From Escherichia phage UE-S5b: a DNA stretch of 64,000 bases. The stretch lies in sequence record PP301341.1; one strand, given 5' to 3'. The position numbers and the translations under genes were made by a program. This document shows positions 10,042-19,700 of the stretch, piece by piece. Every line of letters begins with the position of its first letter. Positions within the stretch are counted from its first letter, which is position 1. The notes under the pieces were generated by a model. The model was not told where the DNA came from, did not search any database, and saw only the letters and a list, made by a program, of their open reading frames with translations.

Positions 10042-10683
10042 ATGAACATGAGCATTAACGATAAACCGACCACTGACGTAGAAGTGAACGTACAGGGCAA
10101 CGAAGATACCGTTAACGATATTGCAATGCCTAGCGAACTTGAAGTTCTTAAGCAACGTGCAACGTTGATGAATATCAAGTTCTCTAACAACATTTCCGTT
10201 GAAAAGCTTCGTGAGAAGATTGAAGCTGCACAAGTAAAAGATGAACCAGTATTAGAAGAAGCTGCCGTTAATCCGCTGGGTGAAAAACAGGAAGCTGGTG
10301 TTAAGAAGATGACTCTTGGTCAAAAGATTCGTGCAGAACAGACTCGACTGATTCGTGTACGTATCCAGAACCTTGACCCTAAGAAGAAAGACCTGCCAGG
10401 TGAGATTATCACCGTAGCTAACGAATATATGGGTACTGTGCGTAAGTTTGTTCCATTCGGTGAAGTAACCGACAATGGTTATCACATTCCGTATTGTATC
10501 TANGAGTTCCTTAAAGAGCGTAAGTTCATCAACATTACGACCCGTAAAGGTAAGAATGGCTTACCGGATATTCGTGCAACTGAAGCACGAGAGTTCTCCA
10601 TTGAGGTACTGCCTCCGTTGACTGAAGCTGAATTAGCTCAACTAGCTCAGGCACAGATTGCTGCTGGTAGCCTGAACGATTAA
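10042..10683 (+). CDS. virion structural protein (N4 gp55-like position)
   Basis: 213 aa ORF following capsid gene; AGGAAA upstream; one N-derived X. Confidence 0.5.
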   Translation: MNMSINDKPTTDVEVNVQGNEDTVNDIAMPSELEVLKQRATLMNIKFSNNISVEKLREKIEAAQVKDEPVLEEAAVNPLGEKQEAGVKKMTLGQKIRAEQTRLIRVRIQNLDPKKKDLPGEIITVANEYMGTVRKFVPFGEVTDNGYHIPYCIXEFLKERKFINITTRKGKNGLPDIRATEAREFSIEVLPPLTEAELAQLAQAQIAAGSLND

Positions 10684-10703
10684 CGTATAAGCTACAGTTC
10701 AAC

Positions 10704-10741
10704 ACGGCTCACTGGGGTAACTCCGTGGGCCGTTTCTTTTT
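10704..10741 (+). terminator. rho-independent terminator
   Basis: 9 bp stem ACGGCTCAC/GTGGGCCGT (one G-U) followed by TTTCTTTTT. Confidence 0.6.
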
Positions 10742-10759
10742 GAACCAAGAGGAATGATT

Positions 10760-11596
10760 ATGTCTTGTTCTGCTGAGGTAGAAGCTAACCGACTCCTAGA
10801 AGAGTTAACTAAGGGTGATGACTTTACCCTTCCTGATGTTGATATGACTGGCCCCGAATGGGATATCCCTGGTGGGGATGCTTCCCCAATCTTTGGTGCT
10901 ATTGATAAAATATCCAATGAATCACTCACTACCCGTGAAGTTGGTGGTAGTGGTACGTTTGATGCATTAATGGAATCTGCACACAATCATCTGAAAGCTG
11001 AGTTTAAAGCTAACCGTATTACCGGTGGTGAATATACCAAAGCATACATTGCTATGATGGAATCTTGCATGAGCAATGCTGTTCAGTTCTTACTTGGTCG
11101 TGACCAGGCATACTGGGCTGCTGCTATGGCACAGATTCAGGCAGTTACTGCTCGTGTTCAACTGGCAACGTCTAAAGCACAGTTTGTGCTGGCTAAGATT
11201 CAGGCACTGTCTGCTAAGAGTGAGTATGCTCTTACTAAGATGAAGATTGCTACTGAGTCTGAAACATACTGTGCTGCATTGTTTAATGTTAGTCAGATGT
11301 TACCTCAACAGCTTAAATTGCTTACTGAGCAGACTGAAGCACAACGTGCACAGACACTTGATACCCGTAGTGATGGAGCTACTGTTACTGGTTCTGTAGG
11401 TAAACAGAAAGAGTTGTACTCACAACAGATTACTTCTTATCAACGTGATGCAGAGGTTAAAGCATCTAAGCTGTTTACTGATGCATGGATTACTCAGAAG
11501 ACTATTGATGAAGGCTTGAATCCACCAAATGGTTTCACTAACGCAAGTATTGACACCATTCTGACCAAGCTGAAGTCTAACAACGGGCTGAACTAA
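10760..11596 (+). CDS. virion structural protein (N4 gp54-like position)
   Basis: ORF 10754-11596; second ATG at 10760 has better spacing to AAGAGGAA. Gln/Ala-rich predicted helical protein. Confidence 0.5.
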   Translation: MSCSAEVEANRLLEELTKGDDFTLPDVDMTGPEWDIPGGDASPIFGAIDKISNESLTTREVGGSGTFDALMESAHNHLKAEFKANRITGGEYTKAYIAMMESCMSNAVQFLLGRDQAYWAAAMAQIQAVTARVQLATSKAQFVLAKIQALSAKSEYALTKMKIATESETYCAALFNVSQMLPQQLKLLTEQTEAQRAQTLDTRSDGATVTGSVGKQKELYSQQITSYQRDAEVKASKLFTDAWITQKTIDEGLNPPNGFTNASIDTILTKLKSNNGLN

Positions 11597-11597
11597 T

Positions 11598-14252
11598 ATG
11601 GGCTTATTCAGTGGGAAGACCAAAGTATACGTAGCATCCTCTGTCTATAACATGGCAGGGGATATACATAAACGCCCTAACTATATGAAGACTGTAGTTA
11701 TAGGTAATATTGTTTCCAATACAGGATTCACTATGGCAGATACTATCTCTGATAGTTATCTGAATGGGCCAGGTATTCGTATGCGACTGTTCTCCAGCTG
11801 GAGTAAGAACCACTATGATTCAGTAGTTGGTATGGCTGGTTCTTCATTGGGTGTATTGGCTAAGATTGACCCTACCGTTATAGAGGGTCAAATTACACCC
11901 CCTGCTGGTGAATCAGTCTATGTTCAGGCAGCAGAGATTGGCTTTGCTGACTTTGAGCAATGGTGTGACCAGTATCTTTATGAGAATGCTCCAAGTCGAA
12001 TCATGGAACGATTCGACATAGATATTGATGAAGATACTAATGAAATCACTATGACCTCCTTAGATGGGGGCTCTACTATTACATTCACACCTACTAACTT
12101 TGAACCAGGTGCTTTATATCTCTATGCTGATTACTCATTCTATAAGNCCCCTTCTACTAATCCTCCGGTAGTAGGACCGACTACTGTCTATGATGATGAG
12201 GATGACTTACCTTCCACTTTGTTATGGACTACCGTCTCAAGTGATACGACGGCTAACACAACCAATCTTACTAAGACTATACATACTCATTCTGTTTACT
12301 CTGATGGCAGACCGGATGAAGACAGTACTGTCACAGAACCAAGTGTGGATAACTGGAACTCTTACGTTAAAGTTTATCGTAGAGGATTCACTGAGAAACC
12401 TGATGATGTGACTGTAGTTGTATCTGACAGGGTAATGACTCATACAAAATTTGGTGAGATTCAATCCAGTACTTCTGTAACTACTAATGTGGTTGATATA
12501 GGTGGAGGTGTTACTCGTACAGATACAATCACTACAACCACAGAGACACTGGTTCGTAAGTACTCATCCCAGACTACCCGTACTGATACCGAGATGACTG
12601 CTGTTAGTACACCTAAAATGCTTATTTATAAGCAGAACTCCGGTAACGTTGCACTGGATTCTTTGTTCGAGACTGAAGCTACTGATAACCGATTCTACCC
12701 ATTCATTCCAATCAGAAATGATAAGCAATGGGTAGAGAATGACCCAATCTACCCACACTGTAAGAAAGCCCTTTATAAAGCTACTGGTGGAAAAATTGAT
12801 AAAGTAGTCACAGAGCTTAAGAAGAATGATGACATAGGTGATATTCAGTACATCTATGGTTCATTTGGTGTATCCCTTAATACCCCCGAGGATAGTGCTA
12901 AGGAATACATCTATCGTTTCTTTCAGATGGCTACTGAAGCATTCCCACCTGACCCAACCTACCCAACACTGGAAGCAGTGATTGCAGGCTATCAGGCAGC
13001 AAATGATGCAGTTGACGCATATGTGGAATGGTGGAACAGGACTGAAGGGCATATTATTGGAACACCTCCACCACTGCCAGAATACCCAGTTATACCTAAG
13101 CGAGAGTTTAGGGTGCATAGTAATAAGCAGTACAAGTACGACATGACTATTGGCTGGAACTATGTATCTGAAACTACCCATTCAGGTCAAGCATGGTCTG
13201 GTGCTAAGCAGGGGCAACTTCGAGCCAGGTATGCAGGAGATATAACCCTTACTCGTAAGAACATAAGGACAGCTTCCAACTCCGGTTCTGCTAAGAAACT
13301 TGAGGTAACATACACATTCTATTCAATGCAGGAATACGAGTTGCTTTGGCAGGATGGTAATAATACCTATCGTAAACTTAGAGTACTGGGTCTAAATCAC
13401 AACAACAGGGTATATAAAAATAAGTCAGTGCACATTGATGTTGCCGAAGCAATGGGTGATGCAGAGGAGAGTGGATTCATTATTCCACTGCACACCAATA
13501 TCTACCGTTCAATGCCACTGGTTCGTAGCACTCAGTTATCCACTGCCTGCTCCTACTTAGTGATGAACTCATATAAGAAGGTTAAGCAGAAGTGGTATCA
13601 GACTGGGGCATTTAAAATTGTTGTTGTAGTGGTAGCTGTAGTTGTCTCTGTATTTACAGCAGGTGCTGGTGGTGCAGGTATACTTGGGGCATACGGTGCA
13701 GTCGGTGCATCACTTGGTTTTGTTGGATTAGCTGCTGTAATAGTTGGTGCTGTAGCAAACGCCATAGCTGCAATGATTCTGGTATCCATTATTACTAAAG
13801 TATCTACTTCACTGTTCGGTGATAAGCTAGGTTTTATCATTGCTGCTATTGCCTCAATGGTAGCCATGAACGTTGGTACTGCTTTGTCTACTGGTACATC
13901 CTTATCCTCTTTAGCTGGTGAAATGATGAATGCTCAAAACATCATGCAACTTACCAGTTCAGTGGGTAATGGCATTAGTCAGTATATTAATGCATCCACG
14001 GCTGCTACTATTCAGAAAGCAGAGAGTGTAATGCAGCAGTACAATACTGATATGATGGCAATCAATAAGCAGTATGAAGAGATGTTCGGTACTGCTGGAC
14101 AGGGTGTGATTGACCCCATGCAATTCGTGTCAATGGAGTCGTTGGATTCATTCTTGTCACGTACTCTCATGACTGGTTCAGATATAGCTGACTTGTCTTT
14201 AGACATGGTTGGCAACTACTCTGATATGACTCTTAATACTGACCTTGTTTAA
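11598..14252 (+). CDS. large virion protein with about 100 aa Gly/Ala-rich hydrophobic (multi-TM-like) segment; candidate ejection/channel protein (N4 gp53-like position)
   Basis: 884 aa; segment VVVVVAVVVSVFTAGAGGAGILGAYGAVGASLGFVGLAAVIVGAVANAIAAMILVSII... near residues 660-760. Confidence 0.6.
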   Translation: MGLFSGKTKVYVASSVYNMAGDIHKRPNYMKTVVIGNIVSNTGFTMADTISDSYLNGPGIRMRLFSSWSKNHYDSVVGMAGSSLGVLAKIDPTVIEGQITPPAGESVYVQAAEIGFADFEQWCDQYLYENAPSRIMERFDIDIDEDTNEITMTSLDGGSTITFTPTNFEPGALYLYADYSFYKXPSTNPPVVGPTTVYDDEDDLPSTLLWTTVSSDTTANTTNLTKTIHTHSVYSDGRPDEDSTVTEPSVDNWNSYVKVYRRGFTEKPDDVTVVVSDRVMTHTKFGEIQSSTSVTTNVVDIGGGVTRTDTITTTTETLVRKYSSQTTRTDTEMTAVSTPKMLIYKQNSGNVALDSLFETEATDNRFYPFIPIRNDKQWVENDPIYPHCKKALYKATGGKIDKVVTELKKNDDIGDIQYIYGSFGVSLNTPEDSAKEYIYRFFQMATEAFPPDPTYPTLEAVIAGYQAANDAVDAYVEWWNRTEGHIIGTPPPLPEYPVIPKREFRVHSNKQYKYDMTIGWNYVSETTHSGQAWSGAKQGQLRARYAGDITLTRKNIRTASNSGSAKKLEVTYTFYSMQEYELLWQDGNNTYRKLRVLGLNHNNRVYKNKSVHIDVAEAMGDAEESGFIIPLHTNIYRSMPLVRSTQLSTACSYLVMNSYKKVKQKWYQTGAFKIVVVVVAVVVSVFTAGAGGAGILGAYGAVGASLGFVGLAAVIVGAVANAIAAMILVSIITKVSTSLFGDKLGFIIAAIASMVAMNVGTALSTGTSLSSLAGEMMNAQNIMQLTSSVGNGISQYINASTAATIQKAESVMQQYNTDMMAINKQYEEMFGTAGQGVIDPMQFVSMESLDSFLSRTLMTGSDIADLSLDMVGNYSDMTLNTDLV

Positions 14253-14709
14253 CAGGAGAATCCCCATGGATTTGTCATTCTTAACAGGCAACCCAACTCC
14301 ACAGCCAGCTGCTATGTCTTGGATGTCTAATAACAATCAGAACTTTAATACCCCGGCTATGAACTATAACCCAGGTGCAACTATTGGTATGGGGGCAAAT
14401 ACAGGAGTAGCCTCCCCTACTTCTTTCCTGTCTGGTTCAGCTGATCAGTTGGGATTGAATGTACCTACCTTCCAATTAGGACTGGGTGCACTTGGTTCAT
14501 TAGCTAATATCTACAGTGGTTTCCAGGCTAATAAGTTAGCCAAAGACCAGTTGAACTTTACTAAGAGTGTTACTAACACTAACCTGAATAACCAGATTAA
14601 GTCTTATAACACTGCACTGGAAGATCGTGCTCGTAGCCGTGCTACAGCAGAGAACCGTGACCAGTCTACTGCTGATGCTTATATTGCAGCTAATAAATTA
14701 ACCCGTTAA
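14245..14709 (+). CDS. virion protein, hypothetical (N4 gp52-like position)
   Basis: 154 aa ORF overlapping the previous stop by 8 nt; Asn/Gly/Ser-rich. Confidence 0.5.
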   Translation: MFNRRIPMDLSFLTGNPTPQPAAMSWMSNNNQNFNTPAMNYNPGATIGMGANTGVASPTSFLSGSADQLGLNVPTFQLGLGALGSLANIYSGFQANKLAKDQLNFTKSVTNTNLNNQIKSYNTALEDRARSRATAENRDQSTADAYIAANKLTR

Positions 14710-14721
14710 TAGGAAACCATC

Positions 14722-16686
14722 ATGGCTCAAATTACATGGCGTAATGTTGATGCACCTAACTTCTCTGGAGTAGGTGACAGCATTCGCACATTTGGTAGCA
14801 TGATAGGTAACGCCACCTCCGGCTTAAGTGATGCACTGGGTAATTTCCAGAACGCTGCCAAGCAGGAGGCTGGCAATGCCGTCATGATGAATGCTATGCA
14901 GTATCAAGATCCTACTGAGTACCGTAATGCTTTGGCATCAGGTGCACTGTTTCAGGGGGTTGACCCTTCATTGGTAAACCAGCGTACTCTCCAGAATCTG
15001 GATGAGCGAGCAGGTACACTGCTGACTCAACAAGGACAGCAGGGAACCAATGACTACATTGCATATCGCTTTGGTCGCTTAAAGGATATTAACTCAGCAC
15101 TAGATAATGCTTCTCCGGCTATTCGTTTATTGTCTGAGGCTTATCAGTCTGGTGACCAGAATCGTATTAATACTGCATTGGGTCAGACTCGTGAGGCATT
15201 ATCTACGCTCCCAGCTGACCAACAGTTAGAATTGTTAGGTAGTTTACAAGGACAGGGTAGTGCTGCTATTAATCAGGCGAGCAATCGTTTTGATTTGGGT
15301 GTTGCTCAACGTAATGATGCCGATAGTCAGGCAGCTATGGGTGTAATGGCACAGATTACCCGTGGTGCTGAGAACCCTAATGATGCCCGTCTGTTGGCAG
15401 AAGCATACAGTAAGAACCTGTCTCCAGTTGCACAGGCACGCTTGCAGGGATTACTGGCTAATGCTTACCCGGGTGTTTACGGTAATGGTGTAGGTGCTAC
15501 GTCTGCTCCTGGTACTGCTGGTACTCGTCAGGGTTCACCTTACGATGTTACTTATCAGTTTGCTGGTACATCTACTCCTATTACTCAAATGAGTATTGGT
15601 GATGTAATTAAACACCAGGATGGTATGAAATCGAACCAGGGTGCTTCCCCTGTTGGTGCATTCCAGATTAACCAAGCTACCTTGAAAGACTTTGCCCCCA
15701 AAGTTCTTGGTTCAGATTGGCAGAACCAACCTCTTTCCCCTGAGAACCAGGAGAAGATTGGTAAGGCTATTTTTGAGGCTCGTAAGAATGGTAACCTTAA
15801 AGATACCTGGGCTGCTCTTCCTAACTCTACCCCAGGTGCTTATAAGGATATGACTTGGGAACAGATTAAACCTGTTATTGCCCAAGCTGAAGTAGGGGCT
15901 GACCCATTCGCTCTGATTCAGAATAATCAAGGAAATCAGGCAGTATCCACTCTGGCTCAGGGTATGATTGGTACTCGTTCTATGCAGGATAATACCGGTA
16001 GTCTTAATACTGACTTCCTTGGTACTGTCACTGATAATACTCCAGTAGGTGAAATTGCTAACCGTCTATTAGATGGTGACTTTAAAGGTGCTGACCGTAA
16101 CTGGGTACTGAACCGACTAACTGATATTTCTCAACGTGGAAATATGTCACCAGCTATGGCTGCTGCTGTTATGCAGCGTGCACAGACTGGTGTACCGGAA
16201 GGTTACATTAGCCGTGCTATTGATGCAGTTAACCCATTCATTACCAACGAAGCCGGTAATGGTATGCGTCTTAATGACCGTTTGGTAGATCAGTTAATTG
16301 AGGGTGTACAACGTGGTGAACCACTGGAAGGCAGTGTGCGTAATCTTGGACGTGCTCAAGCTATGCAGAACATTCAGGCAGCACAGACTGCTTATGATGC
16401 TGCTGTAGCTGCACTGACAAATACTCAGAACAAGATTAACACCGGACAAACAGGACTTACTGCATTGTTACCTGCACGTCAGGAAGCTGTTACTAAAGCT
16501 GCTGCAATGCTTCAAGCTGCACAAGCCCAAGTGCAAGCAGACCCAGCTAACCTGGCTCCAAGAGGTTTTCGGTCACAGGNTAGTGTGGACAGAGCACGAG
16601 CCAAGGAAGATGAAGAACGTGCTGCACGTTANCTACGTCAGGCACANGGTTTGCCTGAGTATATGCAACCNAGACAAAATCGGTAA
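14722..16686 (+). CDS. internal virion protein with possible lytic transglycosylase-like motif (N4 gp51-like position)
   Basis: 654 aa; segment GMKSNQGASPVGAFQINQATLKDF is reminiscent of the SLT signature (S..AGA.GLMQ..T); 3' end contains several N. Confidence 0.55.
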   Translation: MAQITWRNVDAPNFSGVGDSIRTFGSMIGNATSGLSDALGNFQNAAKQEAGNAVMMNAMQYQDPTEYRNALASGALFQGVDPSLVNQRTLQNLDERAGTLLTQQGQQGTNDYIAYRFGRLKDINSALDNASPAIRLLSEAYQSGDQNRINTALGQTREALSTLPADQQLELLGSLQGQGSAAINQASNRFDLGVAQRNDADSQAAMGVMAQITRGAENPNDARLLAEAYSKNLSPVAQARLQGLLANAYPGVYGNGVGATSAPGTAGTRQGSPYDVTYQFAGTSTPITQMSIGDVIKHQDGMKSNQGASPVGAFQINQATLKDFAPKVLGSDWQNQPLSPENQEKIGKAIFEARKNGNLKDTWAALPNSTPGAYKDMTWEQIKPVIAQAEVGADPFALIQNNQGNQAVSTLAQGMIGTRSMQDNTGSLNTDFLGTVTDNTPVGEIANRLLDGDFKGADRNWVLNRLTDISQRGNMSPAMAAAVMQRAQTGVPEGYISRAIDAVNPFITNEAGNGMRLNDRLVDQLIEGVQRGEPLEGSVRNLGRAQAMQNIQAAQTAYDAAVAALTNTQNKINTGQTGLTALLPARQEAVTKAAAMLQAAQAQVQADPANLAPRGFRSQXSVDRARAKEDEERAARXLRQAXGLPEYMQXRQNR

Positions 16687-16693
16687 TACTAAN

Positions 16694-16717
16694 AAAAGCC
16701 CTTCGGGGCTTTTTTCT
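16694..16717 (+). terminator. rho-independent terminator upstream of vRNAP gene
   Basis: AAGCCC-TTCG-GGGCTT followed by TTTTTCTT. Confidence 0.7.
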
Positions 16718-16724
16718 TACACAG

Positions 16725-16741
16725 GCTTACTGTAGAGTAAG
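16725..16741 (+). promoter_or_regulatory. perfect 7 bp inverted repeat with 3 nt loop upstream of vRNAP gene
   Basis: GCTTACT-GTA-AGTAAGC, 21 nt upstream of the vRNAP start codon region and downstream of a terminator. Confidence 0.3.
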
Positions 16742-16762
16742 CTTCCTATATACGATATAAGT

Positions 16763-19700
16763 TTGAACAGGAAACATGCTATGTCAACATTTGACCGTCT
16801 GGCAGGTTTCGCAGACAGCATCACTAATGCTAAGCAAGTCGATGTCTCTACTGCAACCTCTCAGAAGCAAGCTGCACAAGGGCAAAGCCCTTCCCAATTA
16901 ACCCCAGAGAATGCTTACAATCTCCAAACTGGTCGTGTAGGTAATCTTGGAATCGGTGCATTCGAACCAGGTTCACTTCAGGCAGATTTCACGCAAGCCT
17001 CCCCATTAGAAATTCTTAATAAATACGGTAATGAGCAAGGTCTACAGATTCTTAATAGCCGGGCTAATGCTGCTGATGCTGTACGTCAGGACTTATCTAA
17101 ACAACGTACTAACGCAGAAGCATTTGGTGATACTCTTTCTGGTGTTGGTCTTGGTGTTGCTAATACCCTTGGGGGCATTGCTGCTCTTGGCACAGGTCTG
17201 GTCAATGATAATGCCGGGGCATCCATTGCTTCCGGTATGGATTGGCTGAATGAAGGGGTACACAATCTACAGTCTGATGCTCTGAATGCTACCCGTAAGG
17301 TTGTTCAGAATCAGAACCAGATTTCTGCACAAAAGAACCAGAAACTCTACGAAGAAGACATTAAAAATGGAGAGAGCAGTTTGGTTGCCTCTCTGTCTCG
17401 TATTGGTCGTGATGCTTTTGATTCTGTTGCTAATACGCTTGATAATGGTATGGCTGCTACTGATGGGCTGAGTGAAGGTGTTGGTTCTCTCTTTACCGGT
17501 GGTCCATTAATTCGTGGTGTATCTGCACTCGGTAAAGTAATGGTAGGTGGTGATAAAGCTGTTAAGGGTATTACCTTAGCTGCTGAGTTAGGTTCACGTC
17601 CTGCACAGGTTGCATTGTCTGCTGGTCGTGTTGCTGCACCTGCTATTGCAATTGGTGGTATGGAAGCTGGTGGTGCATACCAACAGACTGCTTCCGAAAT
17701 CATGAAGATGTCCCATCAAGAATTGGCAAGTAAGTCTCCTGTTTATCAACAGCATATCGCTGATGGTTTATCTCCTGATGAAGCACGTCGCCAAACTGCA
17801 TCTGAAACGGGTATCATTGCTGCTGGCTTAACTGCTCCGGTTGCTGCTGCTACTGGTCCTCTGGTATCCAAATTTGAACTTAACCCACTTAAGGTAGGTT
17901 CGCTGGCTGGTGCTGGTTCTAACATGCTACGTGAAACAGTAGAAGAAGGTATTCAGTCTGGTACAAGTCAGTTTGCACAGAACAAGGCAATTCAGGGTAA
18001 TGTAGATGCTAAGCGTGATTTGCTTAAAGGTGTCGGTGAGCAAGCAGGTCTTGGTGCACTCTACGGCTTCGGTAGTGCTGGTGTTGCTCAGGCTCCAGGT
18101 ACAACTGTTAAAGCTGTTGGTGCTTCTGCTGGGCCTGCTTTACGTACTACTCTGGCTGGTGCTTCTCTGGTTGGTAGTGCATTAGCAAAAGCTGCCTCTC
18201 CTATTACTAACATCCTGGTTCAGCGTGGCGAAGAAGTTGCTAAGCGTAATGAACAAGCTTCCCCTGTATCTGATGCTACGGTTAATGCTGCTGCACAAGA
18301 AGCTACTGCTCAAGCAGAACAAGCACAAGCAACTGTACAAGAAGCAGTAGATGCAATGGATATTTCTCCTGAAGAGAAAGCTGCTGCTACTCAGTATGCT
18401 GCTGACTTAACTCAGGCAATGAAATTTGACCCAGTAGAACTGGAACAAGCTAACCCAGCAATCCGTGAAGCTGTTTCTGGTTCCACTAACCGTGTTGAAG
18501 CTATTCAGAAGATGGCTGACCTGGTTAATACTGCCGAAGACCCTAACGTTCAAATGGAAGCTGCAATCCAGATGTATGACAACATCATGTCTATGGATAG
18601 CTTCATTAACCGTGATCCTGGTGCTTTAGCTAATCTGGAACAGGGTTCTCCTGCTGCTAATATTGTTGACCAGTTCTCCGGCCTGATGGCTAACGTTCAG
18701 AATACACCAAAGGTACTTCGTGCATTCCGTGCCATCCATTCTATGATTCAGGAACAGGCTGAAGCAGGTAAACTGAAAGCTACCGAAGAAGCTAACCAAG
18801 CCCAAGCAAACAACATTGCTATGGCTGCTGATATGTCTCCAGAAGTACTGGATGCAGACTCAGTGAACATGGTTCTGAAACATGCAAGTGAAGGTAAGAT
18901 TACACTGGGGAATCGTCAGCGTGCTGCCCTGCAATCTGCTGCTGCTCTATTGCAAGGAGCACGAGAATTTGACGCTAAAGCAGAAGAACTAGGCTTACGT
19001 CCTCAAGACATTGTTAGTAAACAGATTAAAACCGACGAGTCTCGTTCTAATGAAGGTCAGTACTCTGCGTTGCAACATGCTAAACGCATTCGTTCTGCGT
19101 ACAACTCTGGTAACTTCGATTTGGCTTCCGCTTACCTCGACGACTTTATGAAGTTCGCCCAGCACATGCAGAATAAGGTCGGAGCGTTGAATGAGCATCT
19201 GATTTCTGGGAATGCGGATAAGAATAAGTCTGTCCATTATCAGGCTCTTACTCCCTCCCGTGAATGGGTACGTAGTCGTACTGGTCTTGGTGTCAATCCG
19301 TATGATACCAAGTCGGTTAAGTTTGCCCAGCAAGTAGGACTGGAGGCCAAAACCGTAGCTGATATTGCTAACGCACTTGCTACGGCTTACCCGGAGCTTA
19401 ATGTTTCTCATGTGAAGGTTACTCCATTAGATTCACGTCTGGACAAGCCTGCTGCCCAGGTAGTTAAAGAGTTCCGTCAAGGTGGTCTTGATGCCACTCA
19501 GTCTCAACAGACCAATGAACCAGTGAATCAGGTTGATGAAACTCCTGCACCAGCGCAAGAGACTACTACTACTGTACAGCCTAAAGCTAAACCAGTGGTA
19601 GAAAATAAGACTGTTCCTGTTAAAGAGGCTAGTTCAAAAGCAGAAGAAGTCTCTACTACTAAGTCTGAAACAGTAGATGCTACCCTCACCAATGAGGATA

